In this document: one piece after another, positions 1-12,724 of the stretch
Layout: the number at the start of each line of letters is the position of its first letter
Position numbering within the stretch: the stretch's first letter is position 1
Source: Spironucleus salmonicida
Taxonomy: Eukaryota
Reading direction: 5' to 3'
NCBI RefSeq assembly: GCF_000497125.1
Contig: NC_090599.1
Location: 434,001 to 498,000 of the forward strand
Length of the DNA: 64,000 nucleotides
The notes under the pieces: generated by a model
What the model saw: only the letters and a program-made list of their open reading frames with translations
The model's database searches: none
Told to the model about the DNA's origin: nothing
Made by a program: the position numbers and the translations under genes

Positions 1-1866
1 AGTTTATTCTAAACTATAATTAACAGATACGATTGAAAATATAGGATGATATAGTATGATTTTTGACAACTGTTATTATAGCTCTTAATTATTGTTATTA
101 TGATCAAAGCGTTATGTAAGATTATTATTACGTAAAGTATTACAAATAAAACCTTCTTCCTTAAATTTACGGAAAGACTCTTTCAAACTCAAATCTTCAT
201 CTAAACTGTCAACAAGATCAGGGCTCTAGCTAATAAAATGATACATTATATCAACACCCTACTTAAAACTTTCAACAAACAAATAGATCTCTTTTAGTTT
301 GATATAATCTTTTAATTTAACTAAAAAAGCTTCATACGCTTAACTATCAGTAATAAACTATATATTACCACTCTCCAAATCCTTAAAACTCACAACATTC
401 TCAATATTTTCACATAAAACAACCAAAAATAATCTCTCAATATTATACTATAACGCTTTTAGCAAGTTTACAATTTATGATTTGAAAATATCATAATTGT
501 TAATAACATCTAAATCGTCTAAAATCAATTTATCAAGAGAACTATCCAAATAATTCAGCAAAAAGTCATAATTCAGAGTCTCCTTTGAAAAAGCGTAATT
601 ATCTAAAATTTGAACAAAACTATTTTCAATATCGAGTGAGACTTCTGTAATTTCATAGTTTCTTAAAATTTCTAATATTTTACGCCCAATTACTTATAAA
701 TCTATCTCTACTTTCTTAATAATAACTTCATCATTTTTGGCTTACACCTCAAGTATTTTAACACGCTTATCAACTTACTAACCAATCAAAAAAGGTAAAA
801 TATCGATGAAATTTATTTCAGTAATTTCTCCTTTCTAATTTTCGTTAAAGATCGATAAGTTATCTTAATCTGCACTAGTGAAGTAATTTTTAAATTCTAA
901 ATAAGAAAACTCTGCAGCTTCCCGTCCTTATAATTAACCGGAAACCTAAAGTGCAATTTTTTTCTTTAGTTGGTTACAAAGTATATATAAATTACAGCTT
1001 TGTCCTAAGTGTGTCTTCAAGTTTTTATATTTTTAAGTAAGGTTATCCGCTTCGTCTGAGGTTATATTGTATTTAGAGAATGCTAATTAAATTTCCTGAT
1101 CAAATTCCAGACTACTGGCGTAGAATTTGTAAGTTGAAATAAATATTTTTATCTTTTCAACGTGAATGTTCTCTATAAGAATTTTTCCAACAAAGATAAG
1201 AACATTAAAATATGGTTCTTAATAAATATTCAGCATAATTTATCCTAATAAAGTTACAAATTGATCTTAGAGCAAACGATGCTTAAGTTGAGCTTCAGTT
1301 TATTCATATTAACCTATTACTTACTAAATATTTTAATGTAGATTAGTTGCTTCATTTCTAAGATCATCAGAATCACAAAGAATAAGGTTATTTAAACCAT
1401 CTCTAAGCCTTTAACCAGCCTTAATGATTGATCGGATATAACTACCAATATCATCAATTAGGTTATTAGTAATCGTGATTTACTAAAAATTAAGCTATTT
1501 TTAACACCAATATTGATCTGAACTTATTAGTTACTAGTTCAAAAAGATATTAACAATATCGTTCTTCAATTTTTATTCTTAAATATCAGTCAGGTTTGCG
1601 GAGATACCTCTAGAACTAAAGAATGAGCTTTTCGTATCTACAAATGACTTAACTGATATTTCATGTTAAAAATCAATACCTTTATCAACTTTCTTGACTA
1701 GCTTCTTTTACATAAGCATTTCCTCCACAATATTTAAATATTATGCAGAATTAAATATCTTATCTAAAGTTTAAGTTCTAAATGCTTACTCAATTGGATC
1801 TTAATAATTTCCATCATTTTCATAATTATCTTCATTTTCAGAATGGATTCCAGAAGAATCGGACAT
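1..1866 (-). CDS. Hypothetical protein, 3' end runs off the window (MSDSSGIHSENEDNYENDGNYQDPIEQAF...)
   Basis: Table-6 ORF from ATG at 1866 with C-rich upstream (CCATTCCTTTTA-ATG); same frame open at both ends checked. Confidence 0.75.
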
Positions 1867-1920
1867 TAAAAGGAATGGTAAAACAAATATTATTTTATAT
1901 TTATAACCATATAATAGATA

Positions 1921-2100
1921 TCATTCAAGCCTTTTTTTCAATGTTTTACTTATATTTTTGCTAATGATAACAGCAAAGTGCTTGTTGCCCTTAACCTACT
2001 AGTTCGATGTACTTATGAACTAAATTGGTAAATTTGCATCAAATAGAATTTTTTGAGCTTATTTTTTGGTCTTACTACCAGCTGCCCTTTTCTTGCTCAT
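1921..2100 (-). CDS. Small basic hypothetical protein, 59 aa (MSKKRAAGSKTKKQAQKILF...KKRLE)
   Basis: ATG-to-TGA table-6 ORF filling the gap between two genes; Lys-rich. Confidence 0.5.
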
Positions 2101-2141
2101 TCCTCATACCATATAGTATTAAATATAATACAAATTCCAGA

Positions 2142-2849
2142 ATGGACTATCATCCAATTCCACTTTTAGAGCGCTACCACAGGCTACATAATCTTTTAGA
2201 TCAGCTCTTAATAAAATATGTACCAGAAAATGAGCGACTTCCGTATCAAATTCTTAAAACTCCTAACGATTCTCAACATGGCTTGCTTCAAAGCAACTTC
2301 GAACCAGGATATCAGGAGTGTACTATTGCTAGCGATTTCAAACTAGCAGTGTATAGACAGAAAGTCAAGAAGCTGCAAAAAGCGCTTCAGGAGGCGTGCG
2401 GTGGAGCCATGACAGCGTCGCATGCACGCCTGATGGGTTCGTCGATTGGTGGGGACTCAGAATATTATAATATAGACACAATAGAAAAATATAATGAGAT
2501 AACAGAAGTTTAAGGTGAAATCCAGGGTGCTTTGCACCTGAAATCCAGCAAGTAGGTCGTCTGCCCATAGCCAGAAATTCAGCAGCCCTCCAAGTGCGTC
2601 CAGAAATCAATCTCTATCATTTCGCCGACGCGGCCGCATTTTGATGCAGAGTAGGTGAGCACTCAACTGCAGTCCCCTTCGTCTCCTGCTGTAAATTCCT
2701 CACGCTCCCACATAATCTATCCATTCGACCCGAGCCGCAGCGGCGTTCTCGCTGAAAACCATTTACTGAGGTCGCAGGTTCTTCAGCTGCAGCAGTCGCT
2801 AGACGACCAATTTGATAGATTCGATCTTGTACTGAGCACCAAAAAGTGA
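2142..2849 (+). CDS. Hypothetical protein, 235 aa, partly coiled-coil
   Basis: Joins track ORFs 2025..2513 and 2655..2849 via TAA/TAG=Gln; ends AAG-TGA. Confidence 0.8.
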
Positions 2850-2859
2850 CGTCTGGACC

Positions 2860-3327
2860 TCACTTCACCATCGCAAAAATTCGTCGGCAGTTGATGATTA
2901 TGAACTCCACGTGCTACCCGGACGTGAATTTCGAGTTGAAGTCCAGCGCAATCTTCTGGAACTCCTCCATCAACTGTTCAAATTCGTGTACTGGCTCCTC
3001 CACGAATACAGTCGACTGTTGGTTCATGAATGAGAGGTTCGTGGTAATTTCAGAGGTAGAAGACGACTCGTAGATGTTCTCCATGTCTGCATTTTTGATG
3101 GCGTTAACATGGGTATCTATGAGTGTGTCTATATAATTCTGTTTGATCACGAGCGTGGGCCGCATGAATTTCGTATTCAGCGAAGGAATTTTTTTTGGTG
3201 CATAGTTCGTATTCGCCCGAGCTGCTGAAAGCAGTATCTAAGGCTTATAGGCAGGGGAGCCTACTCGTGCGTACTAGAATTAAGCATTTTTAGTGATTAT
3301 TGTAGTTTCAAATTTTCGTTTTCTCAT
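2860..3327 (-). CDS. Hypothetical protein, 155 aa (MRKRKFETTII...)
   Basis: Extends track ORF 2914..3165 both ways under table 6; ends AAG-TGA. Confidence 0.75.
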
Positions 3328-3471
3328 TATTTACTAGAAGGCAAAAAATCATAATAACATATAATAGATTAAGTTATAAAAATATAGGTGAAAATATAAT
3401 TTACATGCTAAATTGATTGGTGATCAATAAATGCAATTATACTGTCGCCTTGGCAATTCCATATTAATGAA

Positions 3472-3903
3472 TCACTTAAGAGAGACAGAGGAGGAACCAC
3501 GAGTGGCACCTACACCAGCCTTACCGTGCTTAACAATCTTATAAGAAAGAGAGAATTCAGCAAGATATTAGCCGAGCATGTTGTGCTTGACTTCAACGGG
3601 GGTGAAGATTTTACCGTTATGGACGGCGATGGTAAGACCAACCATATCAGGAAGGATAATCATATCACGGAGGTGAGTCTTGAGCACCTTAGACTTACCA
3701 GTCTTCTGCTTGACGATTCTAGCTTTACGAACTTTTTCAAGGAAGTAAAGTTACTGAGGGGAAAGTCCACGTCTAAGCTTACGGGCTACACGAGCACGAG
3801 TGTAGTAGCCAACTTTGTCGATTGGGAGATCCATTATCTACTCAACGGTCAAACCTTTATGGGTTGGGACTTATAATCTCTTCTGTTTAGGGGCACCAGA
3901 CAT
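3472..3903 (-). CDS. RPS15: 40S ribosomal protein S15 (uS19), 143 aa
   Basis: [54 protein letters not shown] motifs; several in-frame TAA/TAG read as Gln. Confidence 0.97.
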
Positions 3904-3979
3904 CAGCGAGGAGTGGAAATAATATTTAGTTTCAAATGATTTATTGATTATTACATTATATTATAAATATAACTGGAAA

Positions 3980-4432
3980 ATGACTGAAAATTTATAATCT
4001 ACATAACCAGCTAATCAACCTTAATTATAATTTTATAATAGACAAAGAAGACCTGTTGTACACCCTCCAATATCCTACGCATTTCTGGTAATTATTGAGA
4101 TATTTATGCTCATGTCCTCGATCCCTTTCATAATTGAAAATACTGCAGATCTATCTAAAATTTGTACAGGAGTAATATCTCTTGTTTCAGCTCTAATCGC
4201 CATTTTATCCCATTTTCCTATTCCAAAATTTTATACCTTCCTATAGTCTTACTTTGCATTCTTTTAACATAAAAGTTTTGGGTCTTTTTACTGGGTATTA
4301 CTCTCTGGATCAATGCTACCAAACTAAAATAGCTTCGTATTTGAATCTACTTTGACTGGGTTTTCTCGATTATTACCGATTATGACATGCTGGCTTGCAT
4401 TTTTGCTTGTTATGGTTTCAATGTGCATGTGA
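3980..4432 (+). CDS. Multi-pass membrane protein, 150 aa (weak resemblance to TVP15/COPI-associated family)
   Basis: Table-6 ORF with 3-4 hydrophobic segments; SYFAFF..SFGSFYW. Confidence 0.7.
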
Positions 4433-4766
4433 GGAGTGAATTCTATTAAAATTATTATGACCTAGATCAGATTTTACTAAACTGGTTGGCATATTCAACG
4501 GATATATTATATATAAGGAAAATGTTTTAATATATAAGGCATATAATACATGTAACAAAATAACAAATAATTAAGCTCATAATATAAGCGAGCTAATATT
4601 AAAACTACTCGAAACATATTTACTATTTCATGTAATAAACATCTAAACATTAGAGTTATAATATATTGATATGACTACATAATTACAATTATACTTTCTA
4701 AAGTTAAGCGAATTATCCATAAAATTGCTCAATGCACAATAATAAAAATATATATATAACATAGCA

Positions 4767-7700
4767 TCACTTGTTTTTGATAAAATCTAGAGAGTATTAC
4801 CACAACCACTCAATTTTACTTTCTTCCACTCCCATTGCTTAAATTTGTTCTTTGAACTGATCCAATAACCATTAGATATTATGTTAATCTACTGCGTTCA
4901 GAATTTCACAACACGCCCAAACTGCCCAGCAATCTACAATCTCTGGGTTTAAAACTGTAGCAATCGAGCTAGACAGCCTAGCATCTGTCATATTCTTTAA
5001 AGTCATTTATAGCAGTGCATAAAGTGACCAGGCCGGGCCAAATCCAGGATTTTATTCTAAAAACTGCTTTATTGCGGAAGCCATAACGAATAGTGTCTTA
5101 GTTTTGTCTTTTTCAACACTGTCTTCTGGTGCAGATATGAAGTTCGTCAAAATTGCAGAAGATGGGTTCTCTGACGATTTACCTACCTTTTTGGAAGATG
5201 GGAACTTCTTATCAGGAGAAATATATTTTCTGTCACCTCCACCGTTTATAATATCTTGTTTCTTTTACCTAAATAAGTCAACTGAAATAGGTTTGGTGAA
5301 AGTTTTCTTAACTTCTTCTATAGGCGAATTATTTTCTCCCAAAAAATCCATGTTGCCGTCAATAAACATTATCTCATCATTAAGGTTAATTTCTTCTTAC
5401 ACATCAGCTCTCATCTTAGCTTTTAAAAACGCTGTATCTGTCTATAGATTGTTGTATTCTTATTATGGTGTTTTTACTTTAGGTTATAAATAGTCGATAA
5501 TCCCAATTGAAAGCATCATTGTATCGAGAAGATTTTGCGAAAAAGCGAAATCGAAAAATGATGCCTCGCCAATTGATGTACTTCCACGGTAGAAATCGTC
5601 GAATTCCTTTACTTTTTGAGCTTAAAGATAAGCATTATACGCATTTTTAAAAATCTCTTAATCCACTAGAGCAATTTATTCTTTTGAAATAAATTAATCG
5701 CCCTTTAAATAATAAAGAGATTTTGCCTTTAAATAACTGAATTAAGGGCAAGTTTTGATACGGTTTGACAGAGCTTGACCAAACTCGCCATCTTTTATCA
5801 ATTCAATATATTAAAGAACTTCATTGAATTTCTTTTCATTAAAAAGTTTTCGCAAAGAAATGAAATGTGATCTAATGAAAAGATGCTAAATTGCTACATT
5901 GTCAATATTCGCTTGCTCAAACATTAATTTTTTGGCTAATTCTGAGGTAATTTAAGCCATATGTGTTTCAGACCGAATAGATAAGAATTCTGCTAGAGAA
6001 AGTAAACATGAAATTTTTTGAGCAATTCTTGTTTATGAACCACCTTGAATTTTAACTTTTGGTAAAGTAGAGTCTACAATATGAGTTATAAATGCATCTT
6101 CATTATCAAATTAGTCTAATAGAGGCAATATATGTTTAAAATTAGGCGTGTCGTTAAGTAGATAATCTTAAACCGCTAAAAGTTAGTTTTGTGTCTAATA
6201 TTTAGTCATGCTTAAAGTTGTTCTGATAGACTTCATTTTTTAATAAACTTACTAAGTAATAGTATTCATAGCCGAACAGCTAAAGCTCTAATTACTACTA
6301 CCTAAAATTGATCCATTCTTTTTAAGGCTACCTAGCTACTATAGTGGCTAAGGAACAGTAGGAACTGATTGTTATTCGGCTTGATTCATAATATCTAGTT
6401 CTTATACTTTTTCTATGAGATTTCTGAACTTTTAATCATATTTAATTACTAACTTTTTAATAGAATTAAATATACAGTTTGATATTGTTTTTGCGGTTAA
6501 TATGTTCTTATGATACAGCATAAATATAAATCCACCAATTACCCACTCTGGAACTGGTTAAAGGCTGATATTCACCTCTTTTGTCTCAGCATCTTCTAAT
6601 AGAGATTCATTTTTAGTAATTTTCTTACCTGTTTCATCCTTATTGACAACCATTTACGTTTTTAACACAGTGTTATATTAATGCTGATTTTCCTCGATTT
6701 CAGGAAGCCCTAATATTTCTAAAATTAAAGCAACATCCGAGCTCCTGAAATTATTATCAAGAAGTTTATTTAATATATCTTGCTTCATTTCTGATTGTTT
6801 GTACTTTTCTACAGAACCTAAATTCCATCCAGTCAATAAATTTAATTAAAAGTGTTCGGACTAATCTAATAACTACTAAAACAATAGAACAATAGTTTAG
6901 TTTTCTGGTTACCTATAAACCTACTTTTCTTTAGTAGTTTGCAAAATGGTTAAATTAATAAGTTATGTATCATTTCCGATTAATGTATTTTAATTTCTAT
7001 TAACACTATTATACCCCTCTCTCCCAGAAGATGGTGCACCTTAACTTTACATAGAAATATTTAATTTTGGAATAGACTCTGATGATTTACTTATGTACTA
7101 TTAATCAGAATTATGTTAAACCGATAAAACTTTCTACTACACCTGCTCTAATTATTCGCGAACATTATCATCAATCAACAACTAATCTAACGCCTCATGC
7201 TTATTTTCAATAATATTGTAAAAACTTTTATTCACAATATTACAAATAGAGATAATTACAACATCTGCAGATATCAACTACGGCTAATACTAAACAATCT
7301 ATTCTACAAATGCAGTAGGGCTATACACATACTTTTTCATCCTCTCAACGTCCTCTAACGACTAGACCGCATGCGGCTAGCTCAATTTCAACCCAGAAAT
7401 CAAGTAACTAGTTAGCAACTAAGATGCATATTCAAACGATAAAGTGTCTTTTAGCATCGACATCTGAACCCCAACCTGATGCATTACATTTCCAGGAATT
7501 ATCCTTGTAATTATCGCCTATACCTTTTTGAACGCCAATTCTGCATATCTCTTATTATCCGCAGCCGCTAAGTATAGCGTGCTCTAAATGTTCTTATGGA
7601 GCTGAACTTGCTCAGTCGTCAATTCGCTCTCTTTTACAGTCAAATTTTTCTCGTCATGCTTCAGTTTCTTCTCTAATTCGAGCTGGTTGTGTATTTTCAG

Positions 7701-9920
7701 CAGTGCTGACGATAGCTCGTCGCTCACTTTTATCGATTTGAACATCTTCATGGAAGGCTTGTTTTTATCTTCGTTTTTGCCAGAAGTTGGTCTAGAATCT
7801 GAGTGTTATTTTGACAGTTTTTCCAATTCAATTTGCTCCATTTCTTCTCTTTTTAATTTTTCCTCTTCTTTCCGGTCTTGAAGCTCCTGAAAAACATCAA
7901 CTGAGACCTGGCTGGACACTAAAGAGACCAAATAGCTGATCATATCTTTTTTTGTTGGAAATCCTTGCTATAAATAGTTATACAGAACGGGCAAAATCTG
8001 CCTCAAAAGCATGTCGATCATGCCGTCGCCCTGCACGATTTGGCCAAAATTCGTGAAGTCCTGTTGTGACTCCTAATTAACAGCTTTTGGTACTGCTATG
8101 GATTTCTGCTGCGCGGCTCCCTGAAGACCTCTAAGAGCGTACTATTTGTTCATTTGCAGCTTTTTAAGGGCCTTAATTTATGTTAAATTACTCGCGACTC
8201 CGATGTCATTTCCGGCTTCTTGAGTGATAGAATTTATGAAGAATTTATCTTGAAGGTCTTGAACAAACGAAATTGTCGTATTTTTAATGCTAGAAAAATC
8301 AAGCTCTGGTGTCAAGCTTTAAATTTTAACATTGAAATTGCGAGACAAATAAGTCTTAATTTCGTCGATATTACCGCCTTAAATAGATCTAATTTGTTTC
8401 AAAATAATTGGAAACTTAAAATCCAGACTAATAAGCGTCATAACAGGTTTTTAGTACTCGTTTCCAGCGATCTCGTTGATTTCTAGGATCTTATATATCT
8501 GCTTAATCGTGTTTTAAGCGATTTAAACGTTTCTCATAGATTTTTGATAATTTTCGAGTAAATTTGCGATAAAAGGAGTGGTTTAACCTATACTATTAAT
8601 ATTATTAATATTAAATTATAATTTTTAAAGTAGAAAATTTATGCCACAAATTTCGTTAAGCCAAATCCTATTAACTTAGCCTTCTGGATACGTGGAAAAC
8701 ATGCTTTGCTTGGGGTCTTTTTTACCACGAATTTAAGGGATTTCTGAAGTGCTCACTTCAGTGTTAAAAAGCTCAGAATCATATGGTAAAAATGGAACAT
8801 TTGACGCTGTAAATGACGCTTTTTGATCCAGACCCGTAAATTTAAAAGTTGAATTCAAAGTAAAATTTTTAGGATCTTTTAAATCTGGCTCTGAACTCGA
8901 ATAAAATTATTTTCGCGAAATATTTTTACAATCTGGCCAGATAAATGGAGCTGCAAATGAGGACTGGAAAGTTGATTTGTCAGTCAATTTTTTAAATGTG
9001 ATAGTCAGTTTAGAGGCTAAATCAGGCAATAACACAATTTCATTTTCGAATAAATCGGAGGCTGTTTCGCGGTCTTCTTTGCTAAAAAATAAGAAATAAT
9101 TATTGTTTAACGCAGTTTTTCTTTACAAAATTGATACTTCCAAAGGGTCTTAGTAGGCTCTAAAAGCGCAATTTACCACTCCAGGTTTTGGGGATTTGCT
9201 CAAAAGTGGTTCAATTTTTAGAACATTTGCAAACATCTAAATGGAACTGGATGCTACTTCAAAAAGTTCTTTATATGACGGAAAGATAGTTCTTTGGTAA
9301 TTCGAAGTGGTAAATTTTTCTTCTACAATTTCGAAAAATTAAGAGAATTTGATTGTATCACTTATTTTACAATTTGCTACGTAAGTGAAACCTGGATTGT
9401 AAAATTCTTATGGGAAATTTTACAAATTGTACTAGATATTGCCTATTGTGGAGCCTGATAAATCTAATATTTCTGTAAAAATCACTGAAATTTCAAAAGC
9501 TAAGTCTTAATTTAGGAAGGACAAATTTACTTTTTAACAGTTAGCTGATATAATAAAATCATGTATATTAATATAACAAGTTTCTAAATAATTAAAAGTT
9601 AAATCCTATGATTTATCTTTGCTATTAAGTTCTTAAAGTGATAAAATCGAATAGAGTTCAATATTAATAATTGAGTTTAAAAGGAATGAAATATTAGTAG
9701 AAGTATAACCTGTTTGGCCTGTTTTCTCCTACAAAAATGACTGTAAATGCTCGGTTGTGATAAGTAATGTTTACTAGTCGAAACACACTGGTGAAGGAAC
9801 TGATGGTATATTTTAAGATATTTATAGTTATTCTTTATCAAGATATGCGATATTGAAGAACAAGGATTTATAAGTTTCTGATTTTTAAATCTCAGATAGT
9901 AGGTTTACCGTAATCTCCAT
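4767..9920 (-). CDS. Large protein (~1717 aa) with C-terminal TPR-like repeats; CFAP70/TTC18-like
   Basis: Start, stop and internal checkpoints in one frame; C-terminus DARLSSSIATVLNPEIVDCWAVWACC resembles the last CFAP70 TPR; family call is inference. Confidence 0.65.
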
Positions 9921-10522
9921 TATTGCAAAATTTGTATATTGTCGTTTATATATGGTTATATTTAATTAAATATAAAAACTAAATTTTTATATATTATTCT
10001 ATATGTACATAATATTTGTGTCACTCGAATTTAGTAGATAACGTGACTAGTGAAACGATTGGAGCATAAAATAAAGGATCAGATGTAATAATTACTTTAT
10101 ATTATAATAATTTGTTCATGACGATAATATTTGTTGTATTTATATGTTTAAGTAATACAAAAATTTATATATTATCTGAACACTAAAATTATTGATTATC
10201 ATATATATTCAGATATATTGTATAAGTAAAAGCAACTATGTTTGCAAGTATGGAAGTCGAAGACGCAAAACTATGATAATTATAAAATTCTTAAGTTCAA
10301 CTAAATCATCAAAATTATCTAATCATTAGATTTTATTATTTTTCTGAATACTAACCATACGCTTGTGGGTGCCCGCCCGCGCTGCTCAGGGGACAGCTCA
10401 GGCACCTCCGCACCCCGCATCCTGCTCACCCCTTATCCTTCTCCTTCTACTGCCCGGTTCGCTCCGCTGCCGCACCGCACCAGAATCGATACTTCGGTTT
10501 TTGGAGAGGGAAATATAAAACT

Positions 10523-10615
10523 TATACCCATATATGCGCAACCCGCCTCTCACTATCTGGGGCGGGATAGTATCTGCCGCCAGATAAGGCGGCCCGCTCC
10601 CATTAATTGGGTATA
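10523..10615. promoter_or_regulatory. Nested palindromic element upstream of the Myb gene
   Basis: TATACCCA/TGGGTATA outer arms, CCGCCT/AGGCGG, TATCTGG/CCAGATA and a central GATA-G-TATC; regulatory role is inferred. Confidence 0.5.
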
Positions 10616-10706
10616 TGCACATAATTCTGTTTTTACTGCACAAACTTTTTTGATATATTCCGGATATGCGAAAGTACACAACTGTCCCGACCTTCGCAGT
10701 CCAGAA

Positions 10707-10985
10707 ATGAACGCCGCGAAGCACAAGTGGACCAAGCAGGAGGAGGCCCTGCTCAGCGAGGGCGTGCGGCTCTACGGCTGCAACTGGCAGATGATCCGGG
10801 ACGAGCACTTCCCCGCGCTCTCCGCGCTCTCCCTCAAGAATAAGTACTACAACTACGTGAGGACCTTCGTCACGCACAGCCGCCCAGACACCAAGGCAAC
10901 GACCAGGACCGCATGCAGACCCACCAAGCTCACTAGCGAGGTGGACATCGTCAACCAGATCCGGCTCGCCCTCGGCCTCGAGTGA
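10707..10985 (+). CDS. Single-repeat Myb/SANT (telobox-like) DNA-binding protein, 92 aa
   Basis: KWTKQEEALLSEGVRLYGCNWQMIRDEHFPALSALSLKNKYYNY; first in-frame ATG at 10707; ends GAG-TGA. Confidence 0.92.
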   Translation: MNAAKHKWTKQEEALLSEGVRLYGCNWQMIRDEHFPALSALSLKNKYYNYVRTFVTHSRPDTKATTRTACRPTKLTSEVDIVNQIRLALGLE

Positions 10986-12016
10986 ATAGTATGCTAAGCT
11001 AATTTTATTATAAGTTAATTATTAAATAGTAAAAATCATGAAAACTTTATAAAATTAGGCACTGGGAATATTAATTTTTAGTGTATATACACGTTACAAA
11101 AGGTTATAATATTTCAGAAAATTTGTTGTGTATAATTACTATATAAATTATAAAGTTAATGCAATTTATTATATTTTTGTTTAATGTGAAATAAAGGAGG
11201 AATTGAAGAATATCTTTCAATATAATATGAATAATAATAAAATAAACTTATATAGATCTTAACTAGTATTACGAATATAATATTTTCTATACACTCCGCA
11301 AGAATACAATATATTCCATATATAACGACCTACAACTGAATTAAAACACGTTAATTTTTGCTGGCTTTAACTTTCAAACATTATTTTATTTAGAAATTCA
11401 ATAATTAAAACATTTATATAAACAAAATTTACTTTTTAATCAAATTCAACGTTATCCCAACATATTTAACCTTAACTATGTTAAAATTTACATATCTTTG
11501 GCTGAAAAATAAAGTAGTATCCAAATATTAAATACAACACCACTAAAAATAAAAGCTCAGTAACAAGGAAACCTGGATATGGATGTTATTGCTGCCATAA
11601 TAGTAATATAAATTATTTCAATTGGCCCTAAACAAACCTATACAACTACCATATATCCTTATATATTTTTAATTTTACTAATACACTATCACATACAATA
11701 AATAATAAATCCTATTTATCGATTCACTACTAATAACCATGCACTGAGCTACCAATGTTAGCCAAAATTTCAGCATGTCATAATCATACATAGTGACTAA
11801 AGGCATAGTTTCCTCATTTTAATTAGCTAACGTCTACCATATTATAATAAAATCACCTCGATTAGGCGATAAATCAGTGCCAAATTTTTATTAAATATAC
11901 TGAAAACGTAAAGGATAATTTGCTGTCATGCCATCATCCCGTGAACGGTAAAGTTTGAAGATAGTTTGTATACCTAATTAGTATAATAGAACTGTTTCAG
12001 GGATTAGAGGGACTAT

Positions 12017-12499
12017 ATGAATAATGATGCTGGCACTAAAGTAGCCACTAACATGAACGGAGAGTCAATGTTCACATTGTGCGCAAGGGGTAAATACAAG
12101 TATTGTGGGGTAGATTGTTAGTATTTTGAATAACAACTTCAGTTATTAATGCGAGATCACGGTTGGTGTCATATGCAAATATAGGGATATAACGGATCTA
12201 TATGTATCTGGTTAAATTTATGGACTGGGATTGTATTTAACTGCTATATAATAGATCATTCGAGGTAAAGTATATCAAATATAAGATCTTATTTCGTCAA
12301 GAATAGGGGCTGTATCTTTAAATAGAGACCTGTGCAGAATAACTTTATATGGAAGACTGTAGACTTATAGGTTTTCCTGAGCTAAACTAATGATGTAGCT
12401 AGAAAAAATGCGTTAGCAGTTGTGGTGGGGGATTATGCTGGGGTTCGGGTTTGGAGAAAATAGATAATGGATATTATTGGTCCGAAAAAATAAAAATGA
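12017..12499 (+). CDS. Possible hypothetical protein (160 aa), or 3' part of an interrupted ORF starting 11579
   Basis: ATG..TGA table-6 ORF with no recognisable motif; could arise by chance. Confidence 0.3.
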
Positions 12500-12724
12500 G
12501 ATCATGATGAAAATTTGAAAATATAAATGGGCGAATTGGGTGTGGGGTACGAATGGTTGATGAATTTATTCCGTTGCAAGAGTTATAGACAAGATTTAAT
12601 ACATAGTGTGGTATAAGGAGCATTGGTGAAAGAGCTTAAACAAAATCATGAATGAGATAATAAAGAGTTATTACAAGATATGATAAAACCAAGCATAATT
12701 GACTATTTTAAACAATGATCACTT

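Larger units (their letters stand above)
10341..10997 (+). repeat. Myb cassette copy 1 (657 bp, GC-rich)
   Basis: Matches reverse complement of 26709..27365 with 3 substitutions seen; partly matches 27551..28003. Confidence 0.95.

Noticed and set aside
3526-3876. 116-aa + strand ORF
   Set aside because: Antisense shadow of RPS15
3904-3979. Spliceosomal intron in the RPS15 5' region or elsewhere
   Set aside because: No GTATGT...ACTAAC(N)nAG diplomonad consensus found; genes translate without needing introns
10365-10706. 114-aa N-terminal extension of the Myb ORF from a GTG start (also 27000-27341)
   Set aside because: No in-frame ATG, copy 3 lacks over half of it, and GC-rich DNA is stop-poor; eukaryotic ATG start at 10707 preferred
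10341-10997. Myb cassette as a Helitron, MITE or retrocopy
   Set aside because: A TC near the start and a CTAA end exist, but there is no A|T insertion site, strong 3' hairpin, TIRs, TSDs, poly-A tail or transposase in the window; it also carries upstream non-coding DNA, unlike a retrocopy
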